In this document: positions 38,897 to 49,334 of the stretch, one piece after another | Layout of the letters: the number at the start of each line of letters is the position of its first letter | How positions within the stretch are numbered: the stretch's first letter is position 1 | NCBI GenBank assembly: GCA_034521595.1 | Contig: JAXHMG010000003.1 | Location: 2,336,001 to 2,400,000 of the forward strand | Source: Gemmatimonadota bacterium | Lineage (GTDB): Bacteria > Gemmatimonadota > Gemmatimonadetes > Longimicrobiales > Gaopeijiaceae | Direction: 5' to 3' | Length of the DNA stretch: 64,000 bases | Program-made: the position numbers and the translations under genes | Notes under the pieces: model-generated | What the model saw: only the letters and a program-made list of their open reading frames with translations | Told to the model about the DNA's origin: nothing | The model's database searches: none

Positions 38897-41800
38897 TCAG
38901 ACCGTTTCGGGCGACGGACCGTCACCCGCCCCCAGAGGACCACCGGGGTGCGGGCGACCCGAAGCACCCGTTCCTTCGGCTCCGTGCTCCGCCGCTTCCC
39001 CGGACGCGACTTTTCGGCGTTCCCCCGGCAACTCCACGACCCTGTACAGCGCCGGAATCACGACCAACGTCAGCAGCGTCGAGAAGAGCAGCCCCCCGAT
39101 GACCGGCACGGCGAGCGGCACCCTGAGCTCGGCTCCCTCACCGGGAATGAGCGCCAGCGGGAGCAAGCCGAGGACCGTCGTCAACGTGGACATCAGAATG
39201 GGTCGGAGCCGCACCCTCGCCGCCTCCACGATCGCCTCGTCGAGCGCGTAGCCCTCCGAGCGCCTGAGAATGTTGACGTAGTCGACCAGGACGATCCCGT
39301 TGTTCACGACGATTCCCACCAACATCACCATACCGATCAGCGCCACCACGGAGATCGAGTGCCCCGTCGCCCACAGCGCCGCCACGGCGCCCGGAAGCGC
39401 GAGAGGAACCGATGCCAGGATGATGACGGGCAGCCGGAAGGACTCGAACTGGCTGGCCATCACCAGGTAGACCAGAAAAACGGCCAGGAGCAGGGCCAGC
39501 TGCATGGAGCGGACCGATTCCTGGAGATCTCTCGACTGTCCGGCGACCGCGACCGTGACGTCCTGTGGTAGCGAGATCCCACCCATGGCGGCTTCGATTC
39601 GCTCGATGGCTCCGGCGAGATCCGTTCCCACCGGACGAGCCTCCACGAGCGCCACCCGTGATCCACCCCGGCGCACGATCTCCGCCGGACCCTCCTGAAA
39701 CCCCAGCTCGGCCACGGCCCCCAGTTGCACCGAGCCACCGCCCGGGATCTCCAACCGAAGCGTCGAAAGGTCCTCCAGCGTGGACCGCTGATTCTCGCGC
39801 GCACGTACGAGGACGGTCAGGTCACGATCGCGCTCGGTGAACTCCGTGGCAGGCGCGCCGCGGACGCGCGCCTGGAGCGCCTCCGCCGCATCGCCGATGG
39901 TGAGGCCCTGCACGGCGAGACGCTCCCGCTCGAACCGGACCGAGATTTCGGGCATTCCCACCCTGCGCTCCTCCTCTACACCCTCGATGCCGGGGATCGA
40001 CCGAAGCGTCTCTCGCACGTCTCCCGAGACCTCGGAGAGAAGCCGGAGATCGTATCCGCGAACCTCGACCTCCACCGGCGCGTTCAACGTGAAGAGGCGG
40101 GGACGGTCGACTCGCACCTGTAGGCCCGGCAGCTCCGAAACGCGCTCGGAAAGCTCGGCGATGACGGTCTCTTCGACCCCCTCCGTCTCGGTGAGTCGCA
40201 CCAGGAGCGTCGCCGCGTGGCGCTCCAGCTCACCGGTACGTCCCAAAGTGCCCGCACCACCCCGCATGCCGACGTTGGTGAACACCTCGTCGACGTCGTC
40301 GAGACCGAGCGCCCGTGACTCCGCCTCCCGCGCGAGCTCCTCCATCCGGGAGAGACTGGTTCCCGGAGCGGCCTCCAGCTCGACGACCAGCTCTCCCTGC
40401 GAAAGCTCGGGGACGAGCGATACGCCGATGCGCGTCATCAACCAGGCGCCTCCGATCAGGCATGCGAGCGCGACGCCGAGAACCACGACCGGTCGCGTCA
40501 CGAGCCTCCGAAGCGCACCGGGATACCTTCCTTCCAGTCGTCCGTACACGCGGTCGAATGCGTTGGCGACCGGCGCCAGGGCTCGGGCGCCACCCGAGCC
40601 TCCGACACGAAGCCCACGAAGCAACGTCCCGGTCGTCCGTGCGATGGCGTTCCCGACGCCCCCCATCCGCTCATCGGGAGTCGCTGCTTTCGCAGGGGCT
40701 TCACCGGCTCCCAAGCGCGCACGGGCACCCTCACCGCGCCCCGCGAGCATGGGGATGAGCGTGAGCGCCACGAACAGCGCCGCGACGAGGGCGAACGAAA
40801 CGGTCCAGGCCTGGTCCCCGAACAGCTGGCCGGCCACGCCCCGAACGAACACGATCGGGATGAAGACGGCCACGGTCGTCAGCGTCGACGCGACCACCGC
40901 CCGGCCGACTCGGTCCGTCCCCGCGCGGGCGGCGTCCATGGGTCCGAGCCCCCGATCCCGCTCCCTGGCTATGGACTCGAGAACGACGATGGCGCTGTCC
41001 ACCAACATACCGACTCCGAGCGCCAACCCGCCGAGGGACATCACGTTCAAGGTGATGTCTCTGGAGAACATGAGGATGAACGTGGCGATGATCGAGATCG
41101 GGATCGCTGTCGCGACGATGAGGGTCGTCGGCAGGTGCCGCAGGAAGAGGAGGAGGACCAGCATGGCGAACACACCGCCGAGCACAGCCGCGGTTCGCAC
41201 GTCGGCCACCGCCCGCTCGATGAACACGGCCTGATCCGTCACGATCACCGCCGAGATCCCTTCCGGCAGCTCCTCCTGCAAAGTGTCGATGCGATCCCGA
41301 ACCGTCCGGGAGAGCGCGACGATGTTCGACCCGGATTCGCGCAGAACCGAGACCTCGACCGCCTCGTTTCCGTTCACGAGCGACAGCGTTTCTCGATCGA
41401 CCGCACCCCGCTCGACCCGGGCCACGTCCTGGAGGAGCACCGGCTGCCCCCCGGCCGTGCCGACGACCACGCGAAGCATCTCATCCACTTCCGTGAACTC
41501 GTTCACGGTCCGCACCACGTACTCCGCCTCACCCTCCTCCAGCACGCCGCCGGCGAGGTTGATGTTCTCCGCATCCAGTCGTGACGCGACCTGTTGGAAC
41601 GGAATCCCGAGCTGGGCGAGCCGGTCCTCGTCGACCTCGACCAGGATCTCCTCTTCCAGCCCTCCGTTGATCCGGACGGAAGCGACGCCTTCGATCCCCT
41701 CGAGGGCTCGCCGCACCTGCTCCTCCGCCACCCAACGCAGCGCGATCAGCTCGTCCCGATCGGCTTCCACGTCCGGATCGAGAGCCCGACTCGCGACCAA

Positions 41801-42220
41801 TGCGAACCGGATGACCGGCTCGGATGCAGGATCGTAACGGGCCAGCGTCGGACGGCTGGCTCCGGGGGGCAGATTGATCAGATCGAGACGTTCGCGCAGA
41901 TCGAGCGCGGCGAAGTCCATGTCCGTGCCCCACCGGAACTGGATCGTCACATCGGACCGACCTGGTCGGGAGCGTGACGTGACCTGCTGAACCCCCTGGA
42001 CGACGGCCACCGCCTCTTCGATGGGCTGAGACACGAGGGTCTCGATCTCCCTCGGCCCGACGCCGGAGTACTCCGTCTCGATCGAGATGGTCGGAAACGA
42101 GAGGTCCGGCAGGAGATCCACCTGAAGCCGCGAATAGGAAACGACCCCGAACACGATCACGGCCACGAACGCCATCGAGACGGCGACGGGCCGGGTGACG
42201 GAAAGATCGACGAGCTTCAC
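38897..42220 (-). CDS. RND efflux permease subunit
   Basis: RPVAV start, GMLVDSAIVVLESI, GIVVNNGIVLVD, RLRPILMSTLTT. Confidence 0.95.
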   Translation of the reverse strand: MKLVDLSVTRPVAVSMAFVAVIVFGVVSYSRLQVDLLPDLSFPTISIETEYSGVGPREIETLVSQPIEEAVAVVQGVQQVTSRSRPGRSDVTIQFRWGTDMDFAALDLRERLDLINLPPGASRPTLARYDPASEPVIRFALVASRALDPDVEADRDELIALRWVAEEQVRRALEGIEGVASVRINGGLEEEILVEVDEDRLAQLGIPFQQVASRLDAENINLAGGVLEEGEAEYVVRTVNEFTEVDEMLRVVVGTAGGQPVLLQDVARVERGAVDRETLSLVNGNEAVEVSVLRESGSNIVALSRTVRDRIDTLQEELPEGISAVIVTDQAVFIERAVADVRTAAVLGGVFAMLVLLLFLRHLPTTLIVATAIPISIIATFILMFSRDITLNVMSLGGLALGVGMLVDSAIVVLESIARERDRGLGPMDAARAGTDRVGRAVVASTLTTVAVFIPIVFVRGVAGQLFGDQAWTVSFALVAALFVALTLIPMLAGRGEGARARLGAGEAPAKAATPDERMGGVGNAIARTTGTLLRGLRVGGSGGARALAPVANAFDRVYGRLEGRYPGALRRLVTRPVVVLGVALACLIGGAWLMTRIGVSLVPELSQGELVVELEAAPGTSLSRMEELAREAESRALGLDDVDEVFTNVGMRGGAGTLGRTGELERHAATLLVRLTETEGVEETVIAELSERVSELPGLQVRVDRPRLFTLNAPVEVEVRGYDLRLLSEVSGDVRETLRSIPGIEGVEEERRVGMPEISVRFERERLAVQGLTIGDAAEALQARVRGAPATEFTERDRDLTVLVRARENQRSTLEDLSTLRLEIPGGGSVQLGAVAELGFQEGPAEIVRRGGSRVALVEARPVGTDLAGAIERIEAAMGGISLPQDVTVAVAGQSRDLQESVRSMQLALLLAVFLVYLVMASQFESFRLPVIILASVPLALPGAVAALWATGHSISVVALIGMVMLVGIVVNNGIVLVDYVNILRRSEGYALDEAIVEAARVRLRPILMSTLTTVLGLLPLALIPGEGAELRVPLAVPVIGGLLFSTLLTLVVIPALYRVVELPGERRKVASGEAAEHGAEGTGASGRPHPGGPLGAGDGPSPETV

Positions 42221-43512
42221 CGGGTCGTGCCCTGATCATCATCCGTGGGCTGCCCACGCTCGGGAGCGGGCGCTCCAGCTCCCGGCTCATCGCCGTCCAG
42301 CAGGTCGAGAAGATCTCCCTCTCCCATCTGCATGATCCGCACGGCCGCGCCCTCCCGCAGGTTGTCCTGCCCGACCACCACCACCGTGTCTCCGGGCTCC
42401 ACACCCGAGCGGATCTCCACCCGGTCTCCCCGCGAGTAGCCCAGCTCGACTTCCCGCTCCTCCGCCTCGCCTCCCCGAACCAGGAAGACCCGTGGTGCCG
42501 CCCCGTCCACGAGCACGCTGGTCCGGGGCAGCGTGATGCGATCCGCGAGGGTCTCCGTCACGAGGTCGACGTTCACGAACTGGCCGGGCCGAAGACGGAC
42601 GCCCGTCGATGCTGCCGGGACCGTCACCGTCACCTGCACCGTACCGCTGGTCGCATCCACCACGGGACGGATGCGCTCGACCACGCCCGAAGTGACCGGT
42701 GCCGCCCCCTCCTGAAGCAGGATCCGCACGGTCTGTCCGACGGCAACCCGGCCGATCTCCCGCTCCGGAATCGAGACGACCGCCTCCAGGCGATCCAGGG
42801 CCGCGAGGCTGAACGCCGGCTCGGACGTGTTCACCTGTTGACCGCGATCAACGTTGCGGTGGGTGACCGTCCCCGTGAACGGAGCTCGCATCGACGCGTT
42901 CTCCACACGAAGTCTTGCGAGTCCGAGGTCCGCCTCGGCGACCCGAGCTTCGGAAACCAGCCGCTCGACTTCCTGCTCGGAAACGAGATCCATCTCTTGA
43001 AGGCGCCTCGCTCGGTTTGCAGCTTCCGTGGCAGCCGCCGCGCGTGCCTCGGCCTGTTCGGCCTGCAGTTGCCATTCGGCCGCGTCGAGCCGGGCGAGGA
43101 CCTGCCCCTCTTCCACGCGATCGCCCTCTTCCACGAGAATATCCACGACGACTCCAGCCTGCTTCGGCACGAGATCGATCCGTTCCCGAGCCCGGAGATT
43201 CGTGGATGCGCGCAGCGTCACCTCCAAGTTCCCCGCTTCGGCGACACGTGCGGATACGGGCGCGGCCCTGGCCGATTCTCCTCGGCTCCCTCCTTGCGGG
43301 CCGCCGGGAGGACCACCACGGCCCCGGGTCTGAGCCTCACTGGCCTCGCTCCCGGAGCCGCACGCCGTGAGCGCCAGCGTCAGGCCCACGAGGAGCGCCC
43401 CTTTCAGCGCGCTCCGAGTATCACGCCCGTCTCTACGAATCATATTTCCTCTCCGGGACGCCGGCGTCCCGCCTGAAGTCGAAGTCACTGGAGCCGTCAT
43501 CTCGACGCTCAC
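42217..43512 (-). CDS. RND periplasmic adaptor (MFP) lipoprotein
   Basis: Lipobox LTAC, VEEGDRVEEGQVLARLD, MRAPFTG, LRPGQFV. Start uncertain (43512, 43500 or 43443). Confidence 0.93.
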   Translation of the reverse strand: MSVEMTAPVTSTSGGTPASRRGNMIRRDGRDTRSALKGALLVGLTLALTACGSGSEASEAQTRGRGGPPGGPQGGSRGESARAAPVSARVAEAGNLEVTLRASTNLRARERIDLVPKQAGVVVDILVEEGDRVEEGQVLARLDAAEWQLQAEQAEARAAAATEAANRARRLQEMDLVSEQEVERLVSEARVAEADLGLARLRVENASMRAPFTGTVTHRNVDRGQQVNTSEPAFSLAALDRLEAVVSIPEREIGRVAVGQTVRILLQEGAAPVTSGVVERIRPVVDATSGTVQVTVTVPAASTGVRLRPGQFVNVDLVTETLADRITLPRTSVLVDGAAPRVFLVRGGEAEEREVELGYSRGDRVEIRSGVEPGDTVVVVGQDNLREGAAVRIMQMGEGDLLDLLDGDEPGAGAPAPERGQPTDDDQGTTR

Positions 43513-45035
43513 CGAATCGGACCGCCGATAAGACCTTCCAAGGCCACGATGGACCGATGGAACTGGTACAACGCCGTGATCTCGTCCCGTTCGGCCTGAG
43601 AGAGATTCGCCTGCGCGTCGGCCACCTCGATGGACGAGGCGAGACCCAGCGCGAAGCGTTCCTGTGCGAGGTCCAGCTCCTCCGTGGACGTTTCACGGAT
43701 TCGCGCCTGTAGCTCGACCGTGCGGCGCGCGGTTTCGACGTTTCTCACCGCGGTCGCCACCTCCGAGCGGAGCCTGAGCTCCTCCGTGCGGACCTGCTCT
43801 TCGGCATTCGACGCCGCGACTCGCGCGGACTCGACCTGATTCTTTCTGGAAAAGCCGGTAAATAGAGGCAACGAGACGTTGAGCGAGAGGCTCAGGGGGT
43901 TCCGGTCATAATCGAACGGGAATCCACTGTTCTCCACACGAACGCTCTCCCGAATCGACGCCTCCACCTCCGAGCGAGTCGGGTCGAGCGCGGTGCAGTC
44001 GCGAGGGGAATCGCCCAACAGCTCCCGGATGCGGTTGTCCTCCAAGCAGGAATCGTAACGTCCGGCCTGGGTGTTGAGCGCCTGCTCGATCAAGGGATCC
44101 AAGGTCCCCGCCTGGAACACCGAGCCGCTGATGCCGGCCGACATTGAGATCGTCGGGAAGAACCGGCTTTGCGCCGTCCGGACGTCGGTCTTCGAAGCCT
44201 CGTGAGAGAGTCGGGAAGCGCGGATGACCGGGTTCCCGTCCAACGCCCTGTCGAGCAGCGCCTCGGAGTCCAGCTCCGGCTCGAAGAGCCCGAACCCGGT
44301 GACCAGATCGACGTCCTCGTCGAGCACCACGCCCACGACCTGAGCCAGCGTGGCCCGCGCCGCGGCCGCATCGTTCTCACTGTTCACGAGCACGACCTCG
44401 GCCTGTGCCTGCTGGACCTCGGCGCGTCGGATATCCAGAGGGGTCGCCACTCCGACTTCGACCTGGGCGGTCGCCTGCTCCACGGTGAGTGTCGTTCGCT
44501 CCAGGGCGTTTCTCGCCTGTACGACCTGCGCGTCCGCCTCGAGCGCCGACAGGTACGCGTTGGTCACCTCGGCGTCGAGTGCGATCCCGGCTCCCCGCAC
44601 GCGGGCTTCCGCGGCACGGGCTTCGGTCTCCGCCTGTCCCGGACGCAGCAAGGATTCACCGCTGAGCGAGTAAGACAGATTGAGCGAGTACGAGGAGCTA
44701 TAGCGGCTCGGCTGCGTGCCCAACACCACGTCCCCGGCGCGGCGCTCCCCCTGACCCTGGTACCCGTAGGAGTTCGAGACGCTCGCGTTGGGCATGAGGG
44801 CGCCTCGTGCGTTGCTCACCGCGATATTCGCGGACCGCACCTGGGACTGCTGGGTCCTGTAGTCCGGGTTATGCTCGCGCGCGAGTCGAACCGCCTCCTC
44901 CAGGGTCAGCGAGGAAGGCCCTTCGGAGAGAGAGACCTGTGCGGAGACGGGCAACGCGAGGGGGGCAGCGCAAACGGCAAGGACGAGAGTCCAGAATCCT
45001 GCGCCGGCTCGGCGCGGGCGTAGAGCGAACGACAT
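43509..45035 (-). CDS. TolC family outer-membrane efflux protein
   Basis: Signal peptide, LTLEEAVRLAREHNP, SLPLFTGF, ERFALGLASSIEVADAQ. Confidence 0.92.
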   Translation of the reverse strand: MSFALRPRRAGAGFWTLVLAVCAAPLALPVSAQVSLSEGPSSLTLEEAVRLAREHNPDYRTQQSQVRSANIAVSNARGALMPNASVSNSYGYQGQGERRAGDVVLGTQPSRYSSSYSLNLSYSLSGESLLRPGQAETEARAAEARVRGAGIALDAEVTNAYLSALEADAQVVQARNALERTTLTVEQATAQVEVGVATPLDIRRAEVQQAQAEVVLVNSENDAAAARATLAQVVGVVLDEDVDLVTGFGLFEPELDSEALLDRALDGNPVIRASRLSHEASKTDVRTAQSRFFPTISMSAGISGSVFQAGTLDPLIEQALNTQAGRYDSCLEDNRIRELLGDSPRDCTALDPTRSEVEASIRESVRVENSGFPFDYDRNPLSLSLNVSLPLFTGFSRKNQVESARVAASNAEEQVRTEELRLRSEVATAVRNVETARRTVELQARIRETSTEELDLAQERFALGLASSIEVADAQANLSQAERDEITALYQFHRSIVALEGLIGGPIR

Positions 45036-45150
45036 CTATGTATTGCTCCTGCGGCACGAGGCCGAAAGGTCCGGAAACGAAAAGCGTAGCGGCACGTCGG
45101 TGGTGACGGATGTAGGAGGGTGACGCCCGAAACGCTCCCATCGTTAAACG

Positions 45151-45167
45151 CCTTACCGATTCCTTAC
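45151..45167 (-). promoter_or_regulatory. Possible OmpR/CpxR-type direct-repeat site upstream of the RND operon
   Basis: GTAAGG-N5-GTAAGG (11-bp period) on the minus strand, about 115 bp upstream of tolC. Confidence 0.4.
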
Positions 45168-45207
45168 GCGCGACACGCCTCATCCCGGAGCCGCGGCCGT
45201 GCTCTGA

Positions 45208-46851
45208 TCAGCTTTCCGACGGGCAGGAAAACCGGAACGTTTGACGCGACCCTTCGGGCGCGGGGATCGCGCCGGACCGATCGAGGTGCACCAACAGCAT
45301 CGGCGACATGCGGGCGACGACTCGAACCATGCCGGGGCATCGGGCCTCCAATCGGTCCAGGGTCGCGCCGTGCATCGTCCCACCCTGCTCGAGCAGGAGA
45401 TACTCCACTCCCGTCTCGAGCCACAGGTGTTCCTGCTCTTCCGGCGTGCCCCAGACCGGGGCGTCCGCGTCGGTCACCGCCGGAGTGAAGAGCCCGCTCG
45501 GCGCGACCGTCCAACCGCCATGAAGGTAAAGCGCGGACCAGAACTCGGGCGCGCCGACGACGGCATCGGAAGGAACCGTCCGTCCCATCGCTTCGACCGC
45601 ACCCGCGAGCCGTTCCGCGCGTATCTCGTACGCGGCCGTGGGCCAGCCCACCGCGATGCGGTGCGCTCCGACGAAGCCGTAGAAGCCGACCCAAGCGGCG
45701 AAAAGCGTCGCGACCACGGACGCGCGACGGCCCGGGCCGATCGAAGAGATCAGGCGGTAAGCCCCGATCCCGAGCAGCGCGACTACGAGCAGGTGGAGGG
45801 GAACCACCAACCTCCGGTCCAGATAGGGCCATGCGAAGAGAAGGCCAGCGTATGCGAGCGCGGACCAGGCCAGGGGAGGGAACCGCCGGACGGCGTACAC
45901 GGCTCCGTACACGGCGAGCGCGAAGAGGGGCAGAGCCGCGGCCCACAGAAGGACGCCCTCCACACGGGGAAGGAGCAGCACGGCGACGCGCTCGAGGACA
46001 CCGACGACATGACCCGGGAGACGAGCGACGAAAGCCCCGGGGTCGGCCAGCGCCTGCTCGCGCATCCAACCGCTGTACGGGCCCAGGAGATCGGAGAGAT
46101 GTTCGGGAACCGCCCGACCCCGCCGCCCCGCCCACGCGCTCCACCCGAACCAGCCGGCCAGCGCGGGCCCGGCGACCCAGAGCCCGGAGCGCACGCCGGC
46201 TCGAAGGGCCATGGCCACGCCGAATGCTACGACGAACGCCATTCCGGCCGCCCGAGTCCCGATCAATAGGACGAGCAACGCTGCGAGAGCGATCCTCGCT
46301 CGGGTGGTCTCCCGGCTCGTGACACCGGGATCGACCGCGCTCGGCCAGAGCAGGAGACACCCCCCCACCATCGCCAGGAAGAGCGGCTCGGAGAGAACGG
46401 CGGAGGACGTTCGCAGCACGTCGCCCGAAACCACGGCCAGCCCCCCCGCCCCGAGCGCGATCCCGAGCGGCGCACCCGTGCTCAGGCGGACGGCTCGAGC
46501 AAGCAACACGCCGGCCAGCGCGAGAAACAGGACGTTGGCGAGCGTGGCGACGAGGGTGACCGGGCCGATGCTCCCGAACAACGCCCAGAGTCCACCCAGA
46601 AAAGCGGGGTATACCGGTGGGAACTTGACGGCCGGGGGAGCCCCCACGACGCCCTGGTACGTAAAGCCGTGCCCTTCCGCGAGCGCCTTCGCGACCATCA
46701 TGTACACGCCGTCGTCGTGCCACACACCCGCCGGAAACGGGCGCCAGGACACCAGGCCCACCGCGAGCACGGCAATACCCAGAACCAAGTAGGGGCGCCA
46801 ACCCTCGCGCTGGAGGTCTTCGTTGACCACGTTGATGCTCGTGAGCCCCAT
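45208..46851 (-). CDS. Multi-TM membrane protein, probable GT-C fold (ArnT/PMT-like) glycosyltransferase
   Basis: First loop WHDDGVY..AKALAEGHG..KFPPVYP, LSEPLF, about 11-12 TM segments. Confidence 0.7.
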   Translation of the reverse strand: MGLTSINVVNEDLQREGWRPYLVLGIAVLAVGLVSWRPFPAGVWHDDGVYMMVAKALAEGHGFTYQGVVGAPPAVKFPPVYPAFLGGLWALFGSIGPVTLVATLANVLFLALAGVLLARAVRLSTGAPLGIALGAGGLAVVSGDVLRTSSAVLSEPLFLAMVGGCLLLWPSAVDPGVTSRETTRARIALAALLVLLIGTRAAGMAFVVAFGVAMALRAGVRSGLWVAGPALAGWFGWSAWAGRRGRAVPEHLSDLLGPYSGWMREQALADPGAFVARLPGHVVGVLERVAVLLLPRVEGVLLWAAALPLFALAVYGAVYAVRRFPPLAWSALAYAGLLFAWPYLDRRLVVPLHLLVVALLGIGAYRLISSIGPGRRASVVATLFAAWVGFYGFVGAHRIAVGWPTAAYEIRAERLAGAVEAMGRTVPSDAVVGAPEFWSALYLHGGWTVAPSGLFTPAVTDADAPVWGTPEEQEHLWLETGVEYLLLEQGGTMHGATLDRLEARCPGMVRVVARMSPMLLVHLDRSGAIPAPEGSRQTFRFSCPSES

Positions 46852-46958
46852 CCTGTGGGTAGCGGTAGGCGCGTCCGGTGCGGTGCCGGTGCACCGAATC
46901 GCGCCGGAACCTATTGGATTCGGCCACAAGGGGCACGCCACTCCACCAAGAGGACCTC

Positions 46959-47849
46959 GTGCACGCCGATCCCGCCCCCACCGACCCCATCTACCGGTTC
47001 ACCGCGCTCGGCCGGCGACTCGACCCCGACGAGCCCACCAACCTCGCGGTCTTGTGGTCGATGCCGGTCGGGGCCCTGATCGTCGCCGTCCTGGCTCCTA
47101 TGCTACCCGGTCTCACGGGGACGCCTCGGCTTCTCGCCGCGGGGGAGGGTGCCGCGGTCGTCCTCGGGACCTGGGCGCTCGGGCGCGAGTTGGCGCCGGA
47201 CGACCCGCGTGCGGCTTTCTTCGCGCTGGCCCTGGGTTTCGCCGTGCTCCTGGCCGTGCCGGACGGGAGCATCGTGCTACTCTTCGCCACCCTCCTCCTC
47301 GTCCGGATCGTGAACCGGTCCGTGGGACTCGCACCCCGCACGATCGACGGCATCTTGGCCATGGTGCTGGTGGGATGGGCCATCTTCGTGACGAAGAGTT
47401 ACGGGGTAGGGCTCGTCGCGGCGGTGGCGTTCGGTCTGGATGCCCGGCTCGAGGGAGGTCGCCGCCGTCAGTGGGGGTTCGCCGGCCTTTGTCTCCTGAT
47501 GGTGGGCATTTTGGCCTCGACCCAGCTATCACGCATACCGCTCCACGCGACCGAAGTCGAGCTCGCGGTCCCCGCGCGAGCAGTCCTGGTCGCGGTCCTC
47601 GTTACGGTCGCGCTCTTCGTACGGACGATCGTGCGTACCGGAACGCTCGCATCGGTCGCCGACGCCACGGCGGAGCCTCTGTCCCCCAGGCGCATCCGGT
47701 TCGGCATGGGCATCGCACTGCTCATGGCCGCCCAAAGCCTGACCCTCGGCGATACGGGAGCCCGGCACGGCGGCTTTCTCTGGGCCTGCCTGGCCGGAGT
47801 GGCCGTCTCGAGCATCGCCCCGCCCGGCACGGGGCCGGACGGGGCGTGA
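46959..47849 (+). CDS. Hypothetical integral membrane protein
   Basis: About 9 hydrophobic segments, WALGRELAPD motif, RBS AGAGG before GTG. Confidence 0.7.
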   Translation: MHADPAPTDPIYRFTALGRRLDPDEPTNLAVLWSMPVGALIVAVLAPMLPGLTGTPRLLAAGEGAAVVLGTWALGRELAPDDPRAAFFALALGFAVLLAVPDGSIVLLFATLLLVRIVNRSVGLAPRTIDGILAMVLVGWAIFVTKSYGVGLVAAVAFGLDARLEGGRRRQWGFAGLCLLMVGILASTQLSRIPLHATEVELAVPARAVLVAVLVTVALFVRTIVRTGTLASVADATAEPLSPRRIRFGMGIALLMAAQSLTLGDTGARHGGFLWACLAGVAVSSIAPPGTGPDGA

Positions 47850-47876
47850 CCTCCAGGGATTCGCCGCTCGACGCGG

Positions 47877-49202
47877 TCAGCTCGGTAGCAGCACACCGTC
47901 GATGACGTGAACCACGCCGTTGGCCGCCGGCACGTCGGTCAGCACGACCTCTACGGTCGCCCCGCTCCCGTCGGTGATGGTCACCGTCGACCCGTCGATG
48001 TTGACCGTGAAGGCACTGCCTTCCTGGGTCGTGACGACCTGCTCGTCGGACAGCGCGCTCGAAGGCACGGTAGTTCCGATGACGTGGTACAGCAGCACGT
48101 CGGTCAGAGCCTGTCCGGACGGCACCGACGAGAGCGCAGCGAACGCTTCGTCCGTCGGGGCGAACACCGTGTAGCCCTCTCCGCCGTTATCTCCGCGCAG
48201 GGTGGCGGTGAGGCTCTGCTGCTCGACGAGCTCCACCAGTGTCTCGAAGCCGTTGAGGGTGGCCACGTCCACGATGTCGGCGTTCTCGGTGAGCACGCCG
48301 TCGATCAGGTGGATGACCCCGTTGGTCGTCTCGATGTCCGTCGCGACGATGCCCGCGCCGTTCACCTTCGGCGTCTCACCGGAAAGGTCGAACGTGACCT
48401 CCGTTCCCTCCACGGTCGTCGCGGTCGCGCCGTCGGCCAAGTCGGCCGCGCGCACATCACCCGCGATCACGTGGTAGGTGAGAATCTTCTGCAGCAGCGC
48501 CTGATTCTCCGGCGCGAGCAGCACCTCGAGCTTGTCCGTCCCGAGCGCCTCGAAGGCCGCGTCGACGGGCGCGAACACCGTGAACGGCCCCTCGCCCTTC
48601 AGCGTCTCGGCCAGGTCACCCGCCACGACCGCATCGACCAGAGTCTGCGTCTCCGCGGTCAAGATCGCCCTCTCGACAATATCGACCGGAGGCACGAGGA
48701 CCCCGCCCACCAGGTGGATGACCCCGTTGGACGCTTCGATGTCGGCCGTCGTCACCTGGACGCCGTTCACGGTAACGGTGCTTCCGCTCACGCCGATGGT
48801 GAGTTCCTCACCCCCGAGGGTGGACACGGTCTGACCGTCGCTCAGGTCGGTGGAGAACGCGGCCGTGCCCTCGACCACGTGGAACGTCAGGATCCGCTCG
48901 AGGAGGTCGGCGTTCGCCGTCTCGAGGAGGGCGGTCACGACGTCGGAGCCGAGCTCCGTGAACGCGCTATTGACCGGTGCGAACACCGTGAAGGGGCCTT
49001 CGCCTTCGAGCGCGGGCACGAGCCCGGCGGACTCGAGGGCGGCGACGAGCGTGCTTACGTCGTCAGTGTCCTGGGCGATCTCGGCGATGTTGTCGAGCCC
49101 GTCGTCGATCGGGCCTGTGGGCTCGTCGTCACCGCAGGCCGCGAACGCGAGCGCCGCGACCGGGACGAAAAGCGTCCGGAGCTTGGGATGGATGGTCGAC
49201 AT
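47877..49202 (-). CDS. Triple fasciclin (FAS1) domain lipoprotein
   Basis: Lipobox FAAC; three TVFAP..AF motifs and three NGV(I/V)H..(D/G)GVL motifs. Confidence 0.95.
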   Translation of the reverse strand: MSTIHPKLRTLFVPVAALAFAACGDDEPTGPIDDGLDNIAEIAQDTDDVSTLVAALESAGLVPALEGEGPFTVFAPVNSAFTELGSDVVTALLETANADLLERILTFHVVEGTAAFSTDLSDGQTVSTLGGEELTIGVSGSTVTVNGVQVTTADIEASNGVIHLVGGVLVPPVDIVERAILTAETQTLVDAVVAGDLAETLKGEGPFTVFAPVDAAFEALGTDKLEVLLAPENQALLQKILTYHVIAGDVRAADLADGATATTVEGTEVTFDLSGETPKVNGAGIVATDIETTNGVIHLIDGVLTENADIVDVATLNGFETLVELVEQQSLTATLRGDNGGEGYTVFAPTDEAFAALSSVPSGQALTDVLLYHVIGTTVPSSALSDEQVVTTQEGSAFTVNIDGSTVTITDGSGATVEVVLTDVPAANGVVHVIDGVLLPS

Positions 49203-49263
49203 GGTTCCCGTTTTGAGTTGGAGAGCGTGCCGCCCCGGTCACCGTGACCGGGTTGCGCCCTCA

Positions 49264-49291
49264 CTACACGGGATGTCGGGGGGGTGACTAC
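49264..49291 (-). promoter_or_regulatory. Putative ECF sigma promoter of the fasciclin gene
   Basis: GTAGTC-N16-GTGTAG; the same motif and spacing occur upstream of the ECF sigma gene. Confidence 0.65.
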
Positions 49292-49334
49292 GACGACGGC
49301 CCGGGAGGGATCCGAAGGAGCACGAGGCTCCGGC

